Assembly (NCBI RefSeq): GCF_009914755.1
Contig: NC_060928.1
Direction: 5' to 3' (one strand)
DNA from: the human T2T-CHM13v2.0 reference genome, Homo sapiens
DNA length: 64,000 nucleotides
Shown here: piece by piece, positions 26,231-41,332 of the stretch
How positions within the stretch are numbered: the stretch's first letter is position 1
Layout: every line of letters starts with the position of its first letter
Notes under the pieces: generated by a model
Database searches by the model: none
The model's input: only the letters and a program-made list of their open reading frames with translations
Told to the model about the DNA's origin: nothing
Translations under genes and position numbers: made by a program

Positions 26231-27538
26231 AAAAGAGTGAATAAAATACTGACTATAGACTCTTCTGGAGAATAATGTTGGGAATTTTGCATAGGAAACT
26301 AAGTTTCACTGTATAATCATTCTTAGGTGTTTATGTGCATGCATTGTATGTCAATTAATGATAGGTAAATAACAATACCAGAAATACGGGCATGGCAAGA
26401 GCACATGAAAAGTCACAGAAAAGAAGTGAGCAAGAAGATAATAAAGAAAAATTACATGTTTTGAGGGAAAAAATGTCAAGAACAGGGATGGCTAATATTT
26501 TATGTGATTTTAGTTCCTGAAATGTAACCATCCTCCCCTGAGCTCTCCCCTAAACCTTTAGGAAAATATGTGGCAAGCAAAAGCCTGTTAAGTTGTTTTA
26601 TTGTAGTAGCAACCAAGGAACTGAGCTAAGTATAAAACAAATCATAAATACTTAATGAAATGAAAAACTAAAATCTGATGGCACTCAAAATTTGCATTCA
26701 TTTCAGAAATGGCATTGAAATTTTCCAGAAGATGTGAACTAGGGCATCAAACTAATCATATCTAGATCTTAAGAAGCAGGACTCTCCAATGTGCACTTCA
26801 ATTACACCTATATTAAAAAGTACATTACTAAATTAATGTCACTTCAATATCAAGGAATATAAAACAGATAAAATTAACTTAAGAGATGGAACTACAAATG
26901 GGCAATGAAATAAAGAAGAGCATTTTGGTATTGTAATGGATTGATTTGTCATGGCAACATTACTTTGAAAAGACATCAAAGGGTGTAAGTAGTGTGCCTT
27001 ATCTCTTCCCTGAGATTATACTCTGCTTGCTGGGAGAAGATTGTGTACAGAGTTTATTTCTTCTTGGAACCAAAGGGTCTATGATAATATTTTATTAGCC
27101 TCAGAAGCCCAATGGCCTCTAGAGATGCACAGGGCCATTGGGATAGTGCAGAAACACAGGAGGATCACTGGAGTCAGTCTCTCAGTGCTCGTACATTTGT
27201 GTTGGATTATTGCTGCTATTCTGTGACCTCTGCTTCAGGAATGGGTGAAAAGTACTGGTAGGAGCTCTCATGAGACCCTGCTAAGCTTGGTCTCTTGGAT
27301 AAATACACCAAGCTCAAAGAAGAGACTTAAGCTCTATACCCTTATTGCATTTGTCGTTAATATTCTTAATAACTACTGGGAAATTGAGATAAGTAAACTG
27401 AGCTTTTTTATGTGTACTCGGCCTTATGTGATTTGCCTTAACAGATATTTTATTTGGGGATACATAGAGGAAGCATGTTAAATGCATGCAAGTAATTTCT
27501 TAACAATTTTTGATGATTTAAATGATGATAATGGTTTT

Positions 27539-27562
27539 TTGTTGTTGTTGTTGTTGTTGTTT
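27539..27562 (+). repeat. (TTG)n microsatellite
   Basis: About 8 TTG units. Confidence 0.9.
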
Positions 27563-27936
27563 CTGGCAGAGAAGGAAATGCAATTCCTTATTAGAACTCT
27601 AAGTTTGTGTCTCCAAACATTTAACAGTAGGGAAAAACAAAAACACACCATTCTTCCTCCAGCTTGTGGGGCAGAAATAGGACCTGGAAGAATCGGGCTT
27701 TTGGGGGGATTCCAGTTTAACACCTGACTGCCCTCACTCCAGGCCCTGAGATGCCTTCATAATCTGTTTTGTTTTGTTTTTAAAATGATAGATGTCAGTC
27801 ATTTATTTCTTCCAAGCTCTTTAGTGTTGCTTCTGTGACAAGTTTCTGCAGTACAGTAGATTTATTTTGTTTATCATCTGTCTCCCTCCACCCCTACTGC
27901 AATGTGAGTTCCAAGAGAGCAGGGATTGTTGACTTC

Positions 27937-28073
27937 TTTTTTTTTTTTTTTTTTTTTTAGAGATGGGGATCTCACTAAATTGCCTAGGCTGGTCTCAAAC
28001 CCCTGGGCTCAAGTGATCCTCCTGCCTTGGCTTCCCAAAGTGCTGGGATTACAGGCATGAGCCACTGCACCCA
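27937..28073 (-). mobile_element. FLAM / free left Alu monomer
   Basis: Poly-T then agagatggggatctcactaaattgcctaggctggtctcaaacccctgggctcaagtgatcc...gagccactgcaccca; single monomer. Confidence 0.88.
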
Positions 28074-30476
28074 TATATGGAAAATGGTTATGGTAGACAT
28101 TTGTCACTGCCATGTTTACTAGTATTTTTTTATACAGCTTAGTTATGTTTGAGTAACATTTCCCAATAGTATAGTAATAAATTAATATACAAATTTAAAT
28201 TTCATGAAGTATCTCCTTTTTTCTTTAAAAAAATCAGTCAATACATATACATTATAAAAATGCTTACTCCATAATCTAGGTTATACCACAAATACTATGT
28301 CAAATAATTTTTAAAATTGTCACAAATTTTTGGCATGATTTTTTTGTATAACATGGTTATTAATAGATATGTTACTCCTGAAGAGTAATGACTTGACATA
28401 GGAAACCATATCTAACTTTTTTGACAACTTCCTTGTGAAATGAACATATAATGGTGTTCATTTCATACGGTGAAATGAATTGCACCAGAGTTAAGTAGAG
28501 GAATTTTCATAGCATCAACAATATTGTTTGAGATGCTAAATCTTTTCTTAGCTTATGTTAAAACAATAACAATTCTATTATTTTAAAAATTATAATTTGT
28601 TGTAATACTACAGAAATTTTTACATATTCTATAACTTTCTGATTAACTGTTTCATAAATAATTTATTGAAGTGACACTTTAGTTGGCATGATGATATTTA
28701 ATTTCTATTTACTTTTATTCTTTAAAAAGTATTGCAAATATTTGGCTGAGTTTCAGGATTCAAAAGTTGAAAGAAATGATAAGTTCACGATATTTTTCAT
28801 TTTTGCTCTCCAAAAGCAAAGAAATTTTTTATATAATATTTTCGGTGATCTATTTTTTCTGAGAATAAAAACTCTATTTTTGTCTTAGTTTCACACGGTA
28901 TAGCCTAGTTTATTTTCCTGTTGGCCCCTACTACTCTCTCAAAGTGTCTGTTTTTTAGTTTTATATGAGTCATTTTTTTCTTGAAAAATAAGGAAGAGAT
29001 TGACACACTAATGATAATATTGCACATTAAAGCTAAAGGTTTAAAAGAGTTTTCATTTTCAAAATGCTTACACTCATTTCTCAACTTTTATAAAATCAAA
29101 TGGCTTGAAGTTTTCCAAAGTGTTTTTGCAACTTCAGTAGTAAAGCCACAACTTTGAGGACTATTTATTCTTCCAATTTTCATTATTCAAGTTCATATGG
29201 AATCTGATATATGCTTTAATTCTACACTGTTCATGTAATAGACAGTAATAAATATAAAGTTCACCAAGAAAATATTTAATTTATTTACTTTCTTAAGGCA
29301 ACATCCAAAGATTTAGATTAGTACTAATGTAAAATACAGAACTATTATCTTAAAAATTGGGCTGAAAAAACAGACTTTCTTATTAAAATTACACTAGTAC
29401 TATTTACATAGAATCAAAAAACAAATAGGATTTTTAAACTTATGTGTTTTCCTTATTGTTCTTTTTCCCTCAGGCATTGATAATAAATTTGATATACAAT
29501 CTAACTCATATTTATTTTAGCACAATTGAGCTAGAATTTAAGTTTTTAATAAATTATTACAATTTATTTAGGGGAAACCGTTGAATATAAGTTGATAGTA
29601 ATTGAAGTTTCACTGTCTTAATCACAATATTTTTTAAAATGTTGTTTTCTCATTTCAGTAGGTACATCACTTCTTGCAATAAGATAAACTCTAGGGTGCT
29701 GCAGTCCACCAATTTGGTACTTTAAAAATTCTGTTCAATGTATCATAATTTCTAAATATTTTAGATTATTTTCAGTAAATAAAAAAATTTTTTTTAAAGT
29801 TAATGGCTCTTTAAAATGATTTTAATCTGTTTTTTGACTAATTATTTTTACAAAAGTTATTGTTTTAATTACATAGATTCATGGTGTTTTAAAAATTTTT
29901 CTTGTTGATGATTAAAACTTTTTGGTATTTCAGTCTTAAGCTTTAACAGAATGGAATTACCATTTTGATAAAGTATTTATATGTTCAGCACTTTCAACTT
30001 GTAATAATAAAACACCTAAGCATCATTTCCTGTAGATCGCTAGTCACAGCACAAATACACTTTTGTTGAAATTGTCAAGGAGTTTTTCGTTCCAGAAATA
30101 GAAATCTTTTTGTTTTGTTTGCACTGATTATCACACAGATTCAAGAGATGCTCCAGGATGTAGTGATTTCTGCAGAACATTAGAAGACTTTACAAACTGT
30201 AGTACTTTATTAATACCATTGTTTTATGATATTTGATACTTTAAAAATTCTATTCAATGTATCATAATGTCTAAACATATCCAGACATTGTTTTCTCTTA
30301 ATTATGGGTGTTCATTTTTAATATAGTGTTTATACATTTTAGAGTTTTTTATATACTGTGTATTTACTACTTACATGAGAATTACCCAGAATGGGTTGTA
30401 TATTACTAATCAGATTCATTCAAAATTAACCTATTTAGGATAAGAAGCAACTACAGAATTGGCAAATAGTATTATA

Positions 30477-30529
30477 TTTTGCCATGAAAAGTAATGGCAA
30501 AAAATTCAATTATTTTTGCACCAATCTAA
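30477..30529. mobile_element. MADE1 partial copy
   Basis: ttttgccatgaaaagtaatggcaaaaaattcaattatttttgcaccaatctaa: centre plus one TIR. Confidence 0.8.
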
Positions 30530-31139
30530 TAATAAACTTAGGACTGCCATAAATCATCCAGTGCTTTTTAAGGAATGTGTATTGCTGCTTTACCATCTGT
30601 TGTGACTCATGCTAATTTAGCAGAGATTGCTGAAAGGCTTCTCAGAAGCTCCCATATCAGGAGGCCCAATTATCAATTATTATTATAAAATCTTAAAGCA
30701 ATTAGCTTGAAACAATTAGTGTATTGACATTAATCAATATTTATACTTATTTCCATTATTATTTATTGACAGCGGTGTAGGAGTTTTACTATTTCTTCTA
30801 CTGTTGTAGCCACAGCTGATATCAGCTCCAGAAATTGCCAGATTATTTGTACATTCTCCCCAAAACAGAAGCAAGAAACTCACTTTCTGTCCTTCCTTGC
30901 AGTTTGACTATAGACACGTGCCTTAGAGTCTACCAATTACACACACTCATGCCAGACTGACTCCAAAGGAAACAATATGAAGAAAAAGATGGCTCAAGTA
31001 AATTATTTAGTAGTCCACAGGTCAAATTTTGAGTTTGGTTTTTAGCTCCTTTAACCCTGCAATGGCAATAGACAGGTGTTTCTTTTCCACAGTCAATAGG
31101 AAGATGGTACATGAAGGCTCAGAGACTGCCAAATAAAAG

Positions 31140-31315
31140 CCTTTGAATTCCAGAGGCAAAGTGAGTTTGGTTACTATGATAGGCAACAGACCTGAGCAAT
31201 AATCAGAAGGTTTTGACCTGTAGATATTTCTGGTGGTGAGATGGATTTGTATAACTGAAATAGATGGGAGCCACCAATATTCTATATGACCTGTATAACC
31301 AAAAATATTCTAGGT
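31140..31315 (+). mobile_element. ERVL-class internal (gag-region) remnant, possibly preceded by a degraded LTR
   Basis: cagaggcaaagtgag...ggttactatgataggcaacagacctgagcaataatcagaa...gaaatagatggg...ttctagg resembles ERVL gag sequence. Confidence 0.45.
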
Positions 31316-31649
31316 ATAGTAAAGCCATCAGAATATAAAGCATCTATTAATTACACCTTTTAAACATATGTACTCTAGTCTCAATTTCTAATAATCTACC
31401 AAAGGAAATCATATGCATATACAAATTATTTTGGCAAAGGGCATACTATGTCAATGTTGTGAGAAAGGTAGATGTGCTACATAAACACAGAAAAGACTGA
31501 AATTCTAGGTAGGGAGATTAAAGAAGTTTTTGTGAATAATTTCATTGTCTGTTCTTGGGTGAAATTTGCTGTCCTTCCAGTTACCTACATTTTTCACAAT
31601 TCATAATGACTCCATTTTCTTCAAAATTATATGTTCCACCCTCATTTTT

Positions 31650-33030
31650 AAGCTGCTTCTTTGTCTAGTTTAGACATCATGGCCTATCATTTTAATCACT
31701 ATCTAGCCAACGAGACTAAATTTTATTGTATCCTTGCTCATCTTTTTGGATCTTTTTGGATCCCTCTTCAACTTGTCTACTCCGACACTTGGGTTCTGGA
31801 AAGTCTCGTCTACATTAACTGACCCGTCATCTCTATGCAATAATTCATTTAAATGATATAACAATTCTGTCTCATTTTTCACACAGTTAGCTTCCTCCTT
31901 TCAGAGGCTGCTTCTTTCTCCACCTCTCACTAACAGAATTAAGAATAAGATGTCCTTCCACCCAGTTTTTTGAAAAAGTCATGATAAATAAATGCACCCA
32001 ATGTCCTGTTCCCCCAGTTAAAAATATCTACATTCACTTTTTGTGGCTTATTTCCTTCATTAATTTATTAAATGGAGATAATACAGTTGCATAGAGTTGC
32101 TATGAAGATTGAATAATCTAAAATATGTGTCATGTGTCCTGCATGTAGTTAGCTAATTTAGATAATAGCTTTCTTTCCACTTTCCCAAATTTAGTTCAAT
32201 TACCTGCGTTCTGGATTCCATTTTCTCTGAGCCATATTTGCCTCTTCTATACCTGTGAGCCATTTGTTTCCACCCTTTCTATTGACTTCACACACCAATA
32301 TGAGTCAATTATGAGTCAATTCTCACTTGAAGCAACACCTCCTATGAAATACCATGCCTACATTTCCTTTCCTTCAAGGTTAATTTTTTTGAAAGTCTTA
32401 TTTATGTTGAAGAATGGTAATATTCATAAAAAACTATTTTAGTTACCCATAATAGGGATTAACAAGAATTAAACTCAGATGGACAGAAAACTTTTTGAGT
32501 ATCTTATCCAAACAGAAACAGGAAATGATTTCTTGGTATATGTTGTTCTAAGCAAATTGTTTAATAGTAATATAAAGTGATAATTCAGTTCCATTCCTCT
32601 GTCATAAATATGCAAAATTCAGGTAATAGAATTTTCAAAAGCCCAATACTGAAGTCATAAGCAATTACTATATTGTGCTTTTTTTGGCCAAAATAGAGGG
32701 CAATGGAATTGGGAATAAAGTATATTGTAACATTAAGGCAAAATTATTGTAAATTATGATGACATATACAGTCTGGGGTGTTTTTGTTTTTTTGTTCTTC
32801 TCATTGACTTCTTAGCTCTCTTTAACCTGGTGTCCTGTAAAACAACTCATTAAATGCAATGGGCTCTTTGGTATCTTTTTTATTCCTAAGTTCAGTGGCC
32901 TCTTAATTTCTTAACTTGCTGGTCCTTCTAGTGTTTGACCTTGCTGACCATGTTTTCCTTGAAAAAAATTCCTCCTTGGCTTCCCCACCAGGACACATTT
33001 GTGGTCTCTTTCTACTCATCTGGCAAATTC
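31650..33030 (+). mobile_element. Scattered L2 fragments with an interspersed MIR (~32050-32155)
   Basis: gtgtttgaccttgctgaccatg (L2 RT 'AFDTVDH'-like); aaatggagataata...gttgctatgaagattgaataa (MIR core). Confidence 0.5.
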
Positions 33031-33129
33031 TTAGTCCTTCAATCCCCCCATTTTTCCTATCTACCTATTCATGGTTTATCATTCCATTCCCACCTCTTCA
33101 CCAGATTTTAAGATATACTCTGTTTCCTT

Positions 33130-35223
<2,094 letters not shown>

Positions 35224-35869
35224 CTCCCTCACTTGCTGAACTCTAGTCCCAGGTTAAAAATGAGATCTCTCTCCACAATTCTATAATTTTAAATAATAAT
35301 GTTTTTACAATGCTTTGACAATATACATCAACTTTTCTAAAATACTTCATCATTTTCCAAATGACATTGACACTGAGGGCGTATATTATTCTCCATTAGT
35401 GATGTTGAAAACTATTTGCATATAAAATGATTAGAGCAATTAAACACTTTAACAATGTAATTTTTCTTAAAAATATATCTAAAAATTAACCTCCTGGTAT
35501 TTTATTATTAGAGAGTCACATAAGGAAGAATGATTTCTGTACAGATCTTTTTCTTTTAGCAGCATAATTCATTTTCCTGCTCTGAAGCTTCCAATGTCTT
35601 CTGATTACCTAAAATATTTTAGTTTGGGATTTAATTGCCTCCAGAAACTGGCTATAATCTAATTTGAGCCTATTTTCCTTTGCTCCCTACAGACCCATAT
35701 GCTCAACTATCTACTGTTTATCTTCAGTGAAATGTCCCACAAGCATTTAAAATTCAACATGTGCAAAATTTAACTTTCTTCTCCCCGATTTATTCTTCTT
35801 CCTATTGTTTTGTCTCAGTGGTTTAAATCCCCTGATTAACCAGTTATCCAAAACACCCTAAAATAATAA

Positions 35870-36065
35870 TAGCTTACTTGAGAACCAGGGACATTGTTAA
35901 CAGTATATCATTTGATTTCTAAAACGTTATCTGTGAATTTCTATTATTCCAAATATATATGTAAGGACTGAGACTTGGCAAGGTAAAGAAATTTGTCTCC
36001 CAGCTAGAAAGTACAGCAGGTGGAATTTGATTGAGGTTTGTCTGGCCTGTAAGCCCCTGTTCATA
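35870..36065 (-). mobile_element. MIR
   Basis: gtaaggactgagacttggcaaggtaaagaaatttg...cagctagaaagtacagcaggtggaatttga. Confidence 0.6.
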
Positions 36066-36408
36066 ATGGGTATGCTGAACTAGAATCTCTGAATCACTCT
36101 TTCCTTTATCTTCACAGAAACACGTCCTGTCACATTGTTTTTTGATACTTTCTTTCCAAATAGCAGTCAGTAACACTGTCAGATGGCTCAAATGCCAGTC
36201 TATTCCCCTGTATAATGCAGGGATCTATGTGCCACCAGATAGAGATACAAAGAGAGTCGCTGACTAAAGACTTTCTATGACCTGTCAGGCACAATTATGT
36301 TTCTCAAAAGTATTTGAGATGTTCCTACACCCTTATTATAAATATATTTTTATTTGGCTTAATTTGGGTAGTATTTTTGTTTGTGTCTTTCAATTTAATA
36401 AATTCCAA

Positions 36409-36640
36409 CTGTTCGAATTACTTATTACTATATAATAAACTATCTCCAAACAGAATGTCTATAGATGACAATTTCTTATTATTGAACCTCACAATTCTTT
36501 CCTTGGAACTTTGAGTTCCAAGAGTATAGAGTATAAAGAGTATAAAGAGTGTGGTCCATCTCTGTCTCATAAGGTTTGGGACCTCAGTTGGGTTGACTCA
36601 GAGGCTGATGCCGGGAGCAGCTGGGAGCCATCGCATTAGC
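36409..36640. mobile_element. MLT1-type LTR fragment
   Basis: ataataaactatctccaaac...ctcacaattct...gggacctcagttgggttgactcagaggctg. Confidence 0.5.
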
Positions 36641-37227
36641 TGTTCTCTCACTATTCATTCCCTTTGATCTTTATTACTTTCTTTGTCTTATTTTGGATTA
36701 ATTGAGCTTTGTATGGTTCCATTTTATTTTCTTTACTGATTTATCATTTATGTCCTAGAATTTACAATATACTTCTTTAATTAATCAGGTTCTCCCTTCA
36801 AATATCATACATGTAGCACGGGGATCTCAAAATAGTATATTCCCAATCGCTTCCGTCCATGCTTTGTACCACTGATATCATTTGTTTTACTTTTACATGT
36901 ACTGTAAACACAAACCATATTGCTATTATTTTTTCTTGCAACTGTCTGTTATTTTTCAGACTATTTTACCTAAGAAATAAGAAGTTCTTTTATCTTAATT
37001 ATACTCCAGCCCTCTACATTTCTTTGAGTGGGTCCAAAATTCTGTTTGTATTATATTTATTCTCCTTTAAGAACCTTAATACAGTTTCTTGTAGTGTCTG
37101 TTTACTAGAAATGAATTACTTCAGTTTTTTTTTCTATATCTGCTTTCTTTTTGGAAGATATTTTTTACAGAGTATAAATTATGGATTGACACATTTATTT
37201 TTCAGTACATCGAAGATATCATTCTAT

Positions 37228-39030
37228 GGCTCCTAAATACAGGATCAATTATATAGATGAAATTTTTCTGTTGTCATTCAATTTTGGATGGATTTAATTC
37301 AGGTCAACAGATTTACTCTATAGTAACATTTAGTTAGTAAGATCTCATTTATATTGGCTTTAGGGAGGGGGGAGGGAAAGCATTAGGAGATATACCTAAT
37401 GTAACTGACAAGTTAATGGGTGCAGCACACCAACATGGCACATGTATACATATGTAACAAACCTGCACGTTGTGCACATGTACCCTAGAACTTACAGTAT
37501 AATAAAAAAAACTAAGTATATACTTCATAGGCTTTATGATGACTGTTACGTTTATAAGCAGTCACTATGAAAATTGCAATGGTAATTTTATGTTAGTTTA
37601 TCAAACATAAATCTTGTTTAATTTTATATTTTGTTACCTATACTTTGGGGGATCAAGGGAAGAGATGGAACTCTTCCTCTGAAAATGCTTCTTGGTACTT
37701 AAAGTAGTAAAACTATAAAACAATAAACATCCAGTATTGAGAGATGATATGATAGGGCATTATGAATTCCTGTGGGTGTCTAAATTATGTATGTCAGTTG
37801 AACATTGTAGAAGTTATGTAAATCAGCATAGTTATGTATAACTTAACCTTGATTTATAAGGTCTTAACTCAGATTATGACTATTCATTGACATTTCATGA
37901 GAAGCTTTAGAAAACTTTCTATTTTTAAACACCATTTGTATGTAGACTTCTGCTGTCACTGACTTTGGGCTTTATATTTTCATAGAGTCTTTATGGAAAA
38001 AATAGAATTTATTTTCCACTTTTGTAGCTATAGCTGCTGCACATTTTCACGCTGATTTATTTTTTTGTTTCTTAGCTTTGATGTTTTCAAACCAAGGATT
38101 GTGATTTTAGGTTAGAATCACATACTAGAAGCATTAAGACTACGTCTGTGGATCAGAATGCTTTAGTGATAAACCTACTTTGAAGACATACTCTTAAGCA
38201 ATCTGGATCTTAAATTTATGTGAATACTTTTTTAGAAAATGATAAAGAAAAATGGAATTACTTCAAAGTGTTTCTTGAGTCGTTGACTCTTTTAGTATCT
38301 CAAATGTTAATTAGAATAATTGGAATCACTTTTTAGACTTTTCAACTTACCTTCCTTGGGAAGTTTGTGCAGTGTTATAGTTTAGTTTAGCTCTCTTATA
38401 GGGTAATGGTTTGCTAGTTTAAAACTGTAACCAAACCAACTGATCGGACAACATTTATCCAAAATACTTAAAATGTTAGAAAGTTTAGGAATGTTATAAC
38501 CTAAGTGTTTTTGCTGATAACTTTTTGTTATTTATAGATATTTGTGTATTTAACATACTTACTTCTGGAAATATATGCCTTTCCTAAAACGTAACCATGC
38601 ATTCAATACCATGGCCTATCTATAGAATTGAATATTTTGGACCACGTTATCTGTGGCACAGTCAGTTCTGTGTTTGAGGTAAAAGCAGTAACGGTTAGTT
38701 TTCTACTTTGTCTTGTAGAAGGTAGAAACCATGTGTATGTTATGTTTGTCTATAAAAGAAAAAATACTAATATTAAATAAGTTCTTATGACTGAGTCACT
38801 CACTTATTTTTCCAATAATTCAGATTGTATGTTCCTAGTGCCATTAGGTATGTATGTATGTAACTTTTATAGTTTTTCAGCTGAAAGTTGTATTTTTTTT
38901 ATCAGGACTCTTTAATCTCATTTTAATTTCCTTTGAATGAACTGTAGTTATTTTATTTATTCCTATATTTACCATCTAAACCAACTGTAATGACATGTAC
39001 ACTAATAAAGAATTGAACATTTATAAAAAA
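37228..39030 (+). pseudogene. Polyadenylated retro-insertion of non-repeat, 3'UTR-like sequence (5'-truncated processed pseudogene or L1 3' transduction); parent not identified
   Basis: 15-bp TSD aagata(t/g)cattctat at 37213-37227 and 39031-39045; AATAAA at 39004-39009 then an A tail; U-rich, no ORF. Confidence 0.8.
37362..37511 (+). mobile_element. L1PA (about PA4-PA7) 3' tip
   Basis: ggagggaaagcattaggagatatacctaatg...gggtgcagcacaccaacatggcacatgtatacatatgtaacaaacctgcacgttgtgcacatgtaccctagaactta...aataaaaaaaa. Confidence 0.95.
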
Positions 39031-40779
39031 AAGATAGCATTCTATAGTCTTCAGGCTTTCACAGTTTCATATAAGAATTCTACTGTAATTTTAATCTTTG
39101 TTCCTCTGTGTGTAATGTGACTTTTATATCTGCTTGATGTCAGCATTTTCAGTTTGAATTTTAATTTCATCAGTTTGAACATGATACGTCTATGTATATG
39201 GTTCTATTTTGTTCTGTTTTCTTTCATTTGTTTTCATCTCTTTTGGTATTTTTCTTATTGGTGTTCTATAAATTTTTGGATCTGTTGTTTGTTATGTGCT
39301 ATTACTTTTAGGAAATCCTTAGTCATCATTTTTTCATTATTTCAAAAAAAATTCTTCTACCAAATTCTCTCTTTTCCTTCTGCATTTTACCTATGTGTAT
39401 GTTATGTTGCTCGGTTTTGTACCAATGTTTGCGGATGCTCTGTTTTATTTTTGTTTCACTCTTTCTTCTTTTCGTGTTTCAGTTTGGGTAATTTCTACTG
39501 ACCTGCCTTCCAGTTCACTGATTATTTCCTTGCCTGTGTTGAGTGTACTCATGAACACATTAGGAGCACTCTTTATCTTTCTTACTGTATTTTTGAACTT
39601 CTAGAATTTTCATTTGATTATTTTTAATTGCTTCCATCTCTCTGCTGAAATTACCCACTTGATCTTGCATGTTGTCTACCATCTCCACTAGAGCCTGAAC
39701 ACATTAGTCATAGTTATTTTCAATTTCCTCTCACATAGTTCCAACATCTGTGCTATATCTGAGTTTGGATCTGATGACTGTTTTGTTTCATGGCTGTGGC
39801 TTTTCATATATATAATTTAGCCTGGGAATGGTACATCTTTCTATCTGCTAGGCCATTAGTGTAGAGGTTTGAGGCTGTGGTTTCTATAGTTAAAATCAAT
39901 GCAACCTTTGTATTCCCATAGTGAAACATTATGTGGAGAATGAGGACTGACTTGCCATATTAATATTTGCTTGCCCTCAGCTTTAGATGTTCCTTTCTAA
40001 TTGCACCCCAGAGAGGATCTCTTTGTACACTGTCATTACTGAAGCTCGTTTGCTTGTGGGTGGTGGGTGGTGGTGAGGGGTTCCCTGTTCTGATTAAGCC
40101 TCAACCTTAGACAGGCACAATATCTTTAACCCTCATAGATGTGGCCTTCTCAGTTATCCTGCCCCTGGGCTGACTGTGTGGGCCCAGCCTCTCTAGGAGT
40201 TGGTTTTTCCTGGTATTTTTATCAGCAGTACTCTACAGGCAAAAGTGTTTGTTTCCTTTCTTCCCATGGGCTTTTTTCAGTCAGAGGAGATGAGAAAAAA
40301 GGTTCAAGTAGAGTTTCTTGCTCCTCGTTTTGGGGTGCTATTCTTCTACCCCAGGTCTGCATGAAATCCAATACTTTCTTCAGGTTCTCTCATTTTTTCT
40401 GTGATTACATGGGAGGATTCGTGGAGAAAAATCCTGCAAGAAGATGAGAACTTCCCCACTTTCTACAGGTCTCAAGGGTTCTGCACTGCCCTTCCAGCCT
40501 TCCCTGAGCCTTCACCAATTCATTGACTATTGTATCTGAATTCTACTTGTTGGTGCCCAGTGGCATCTGGGAAGCAAGCACACAGTATCCTCTTTCCCTG
40601 CAGGTGCCTGCCCCTCGTTAGAGTTTGGCCCATTGGTTGCTCTGCAACCTCAGTTATCTGAAAGATTACAAAAGAATCATGAATTTGAAGTTATTCCAAC
40701 TCGTTTTTGTTATAAGGGTGGGAGTGATATTCTTCCCTGCTCTTTGCATTCTGGAAAGGATACTAGAAGTCCTTAATGA

Positions 40780-40920
40780 GATATTTTGCATTAGTTTAAA
40801 AATAATAGGTCTTGTCTTCAAAATCTAGTATGAATTGTTTACAGCACATCTCAATTTGGAGTCACCATATTTCAAGTGCTTAACTGTCATGTGGGATTAA
40901 TGGCTTTCATATCTGACAAT
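40780..40920. mobile_element. MER3/MER33-like hAT fragment
   Basis: acagcacatctcaatttggagtcaccatatttcaagtgcttaactgtcatgtgg. Confidence 0.6.
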
Positions 40921-40972
40921 TCAACCCAATGCGCTCAGCTGCTGAATATCTCACACATAATAGTCATAATAT

Positions 40973-41332
40973 GCATATTCTTTAAGTCTGTCTGGGCTGC
41001 CATAACAAAAATATCACAGACTGGGTGGCTTATCAACAAGAAACATTTATTTCTCATAGTTCTGGAGGCTAAAAGTCCAAGATCAGGGCACTGGCAGATT
41101 TGGTGTCTGATCAGGGCTATTTCTCATAGATGGCATCTTTTTGCTGAGTCCTCAAGTGGGTGAAAGAGACAAGCTCCCTTGTGTCTTTTATAGGGGCACT
41201 AATATTTTTAATAAGGACGATGCCCTCATGATCTAATCACTTCACAATGGGCTCATCTTCAAATACCATAACCTTCAGTGTTTGGATTTCAATATATGAA
41301 TTTGGGGGTATGCCAACAGTCAGACAATAGCA
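40973..41332 (-). mobile_element. MLT1A-type MaLR solo LTR
   Basis: gggctgccataacaaaa...catttatttctcatagttctggaggct...gtccaagatcagg...gaatttggggg...atagca. Confidence 0.88.

Larger units (their letters stand above)
36660..40770 (-). mobile_element. Old L1M (ORF1/5' region) interrupted by a 1.8 kb retro-insertion
   Basis: Host reads ttcagtacatcgaagatatcattctat | agtcttcaggctttcacagtttc across the insertion; ORF1-like ttccagttcactgattatttcc; 5' end near ...gatactagaagtcc. Confidence 0.75.
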
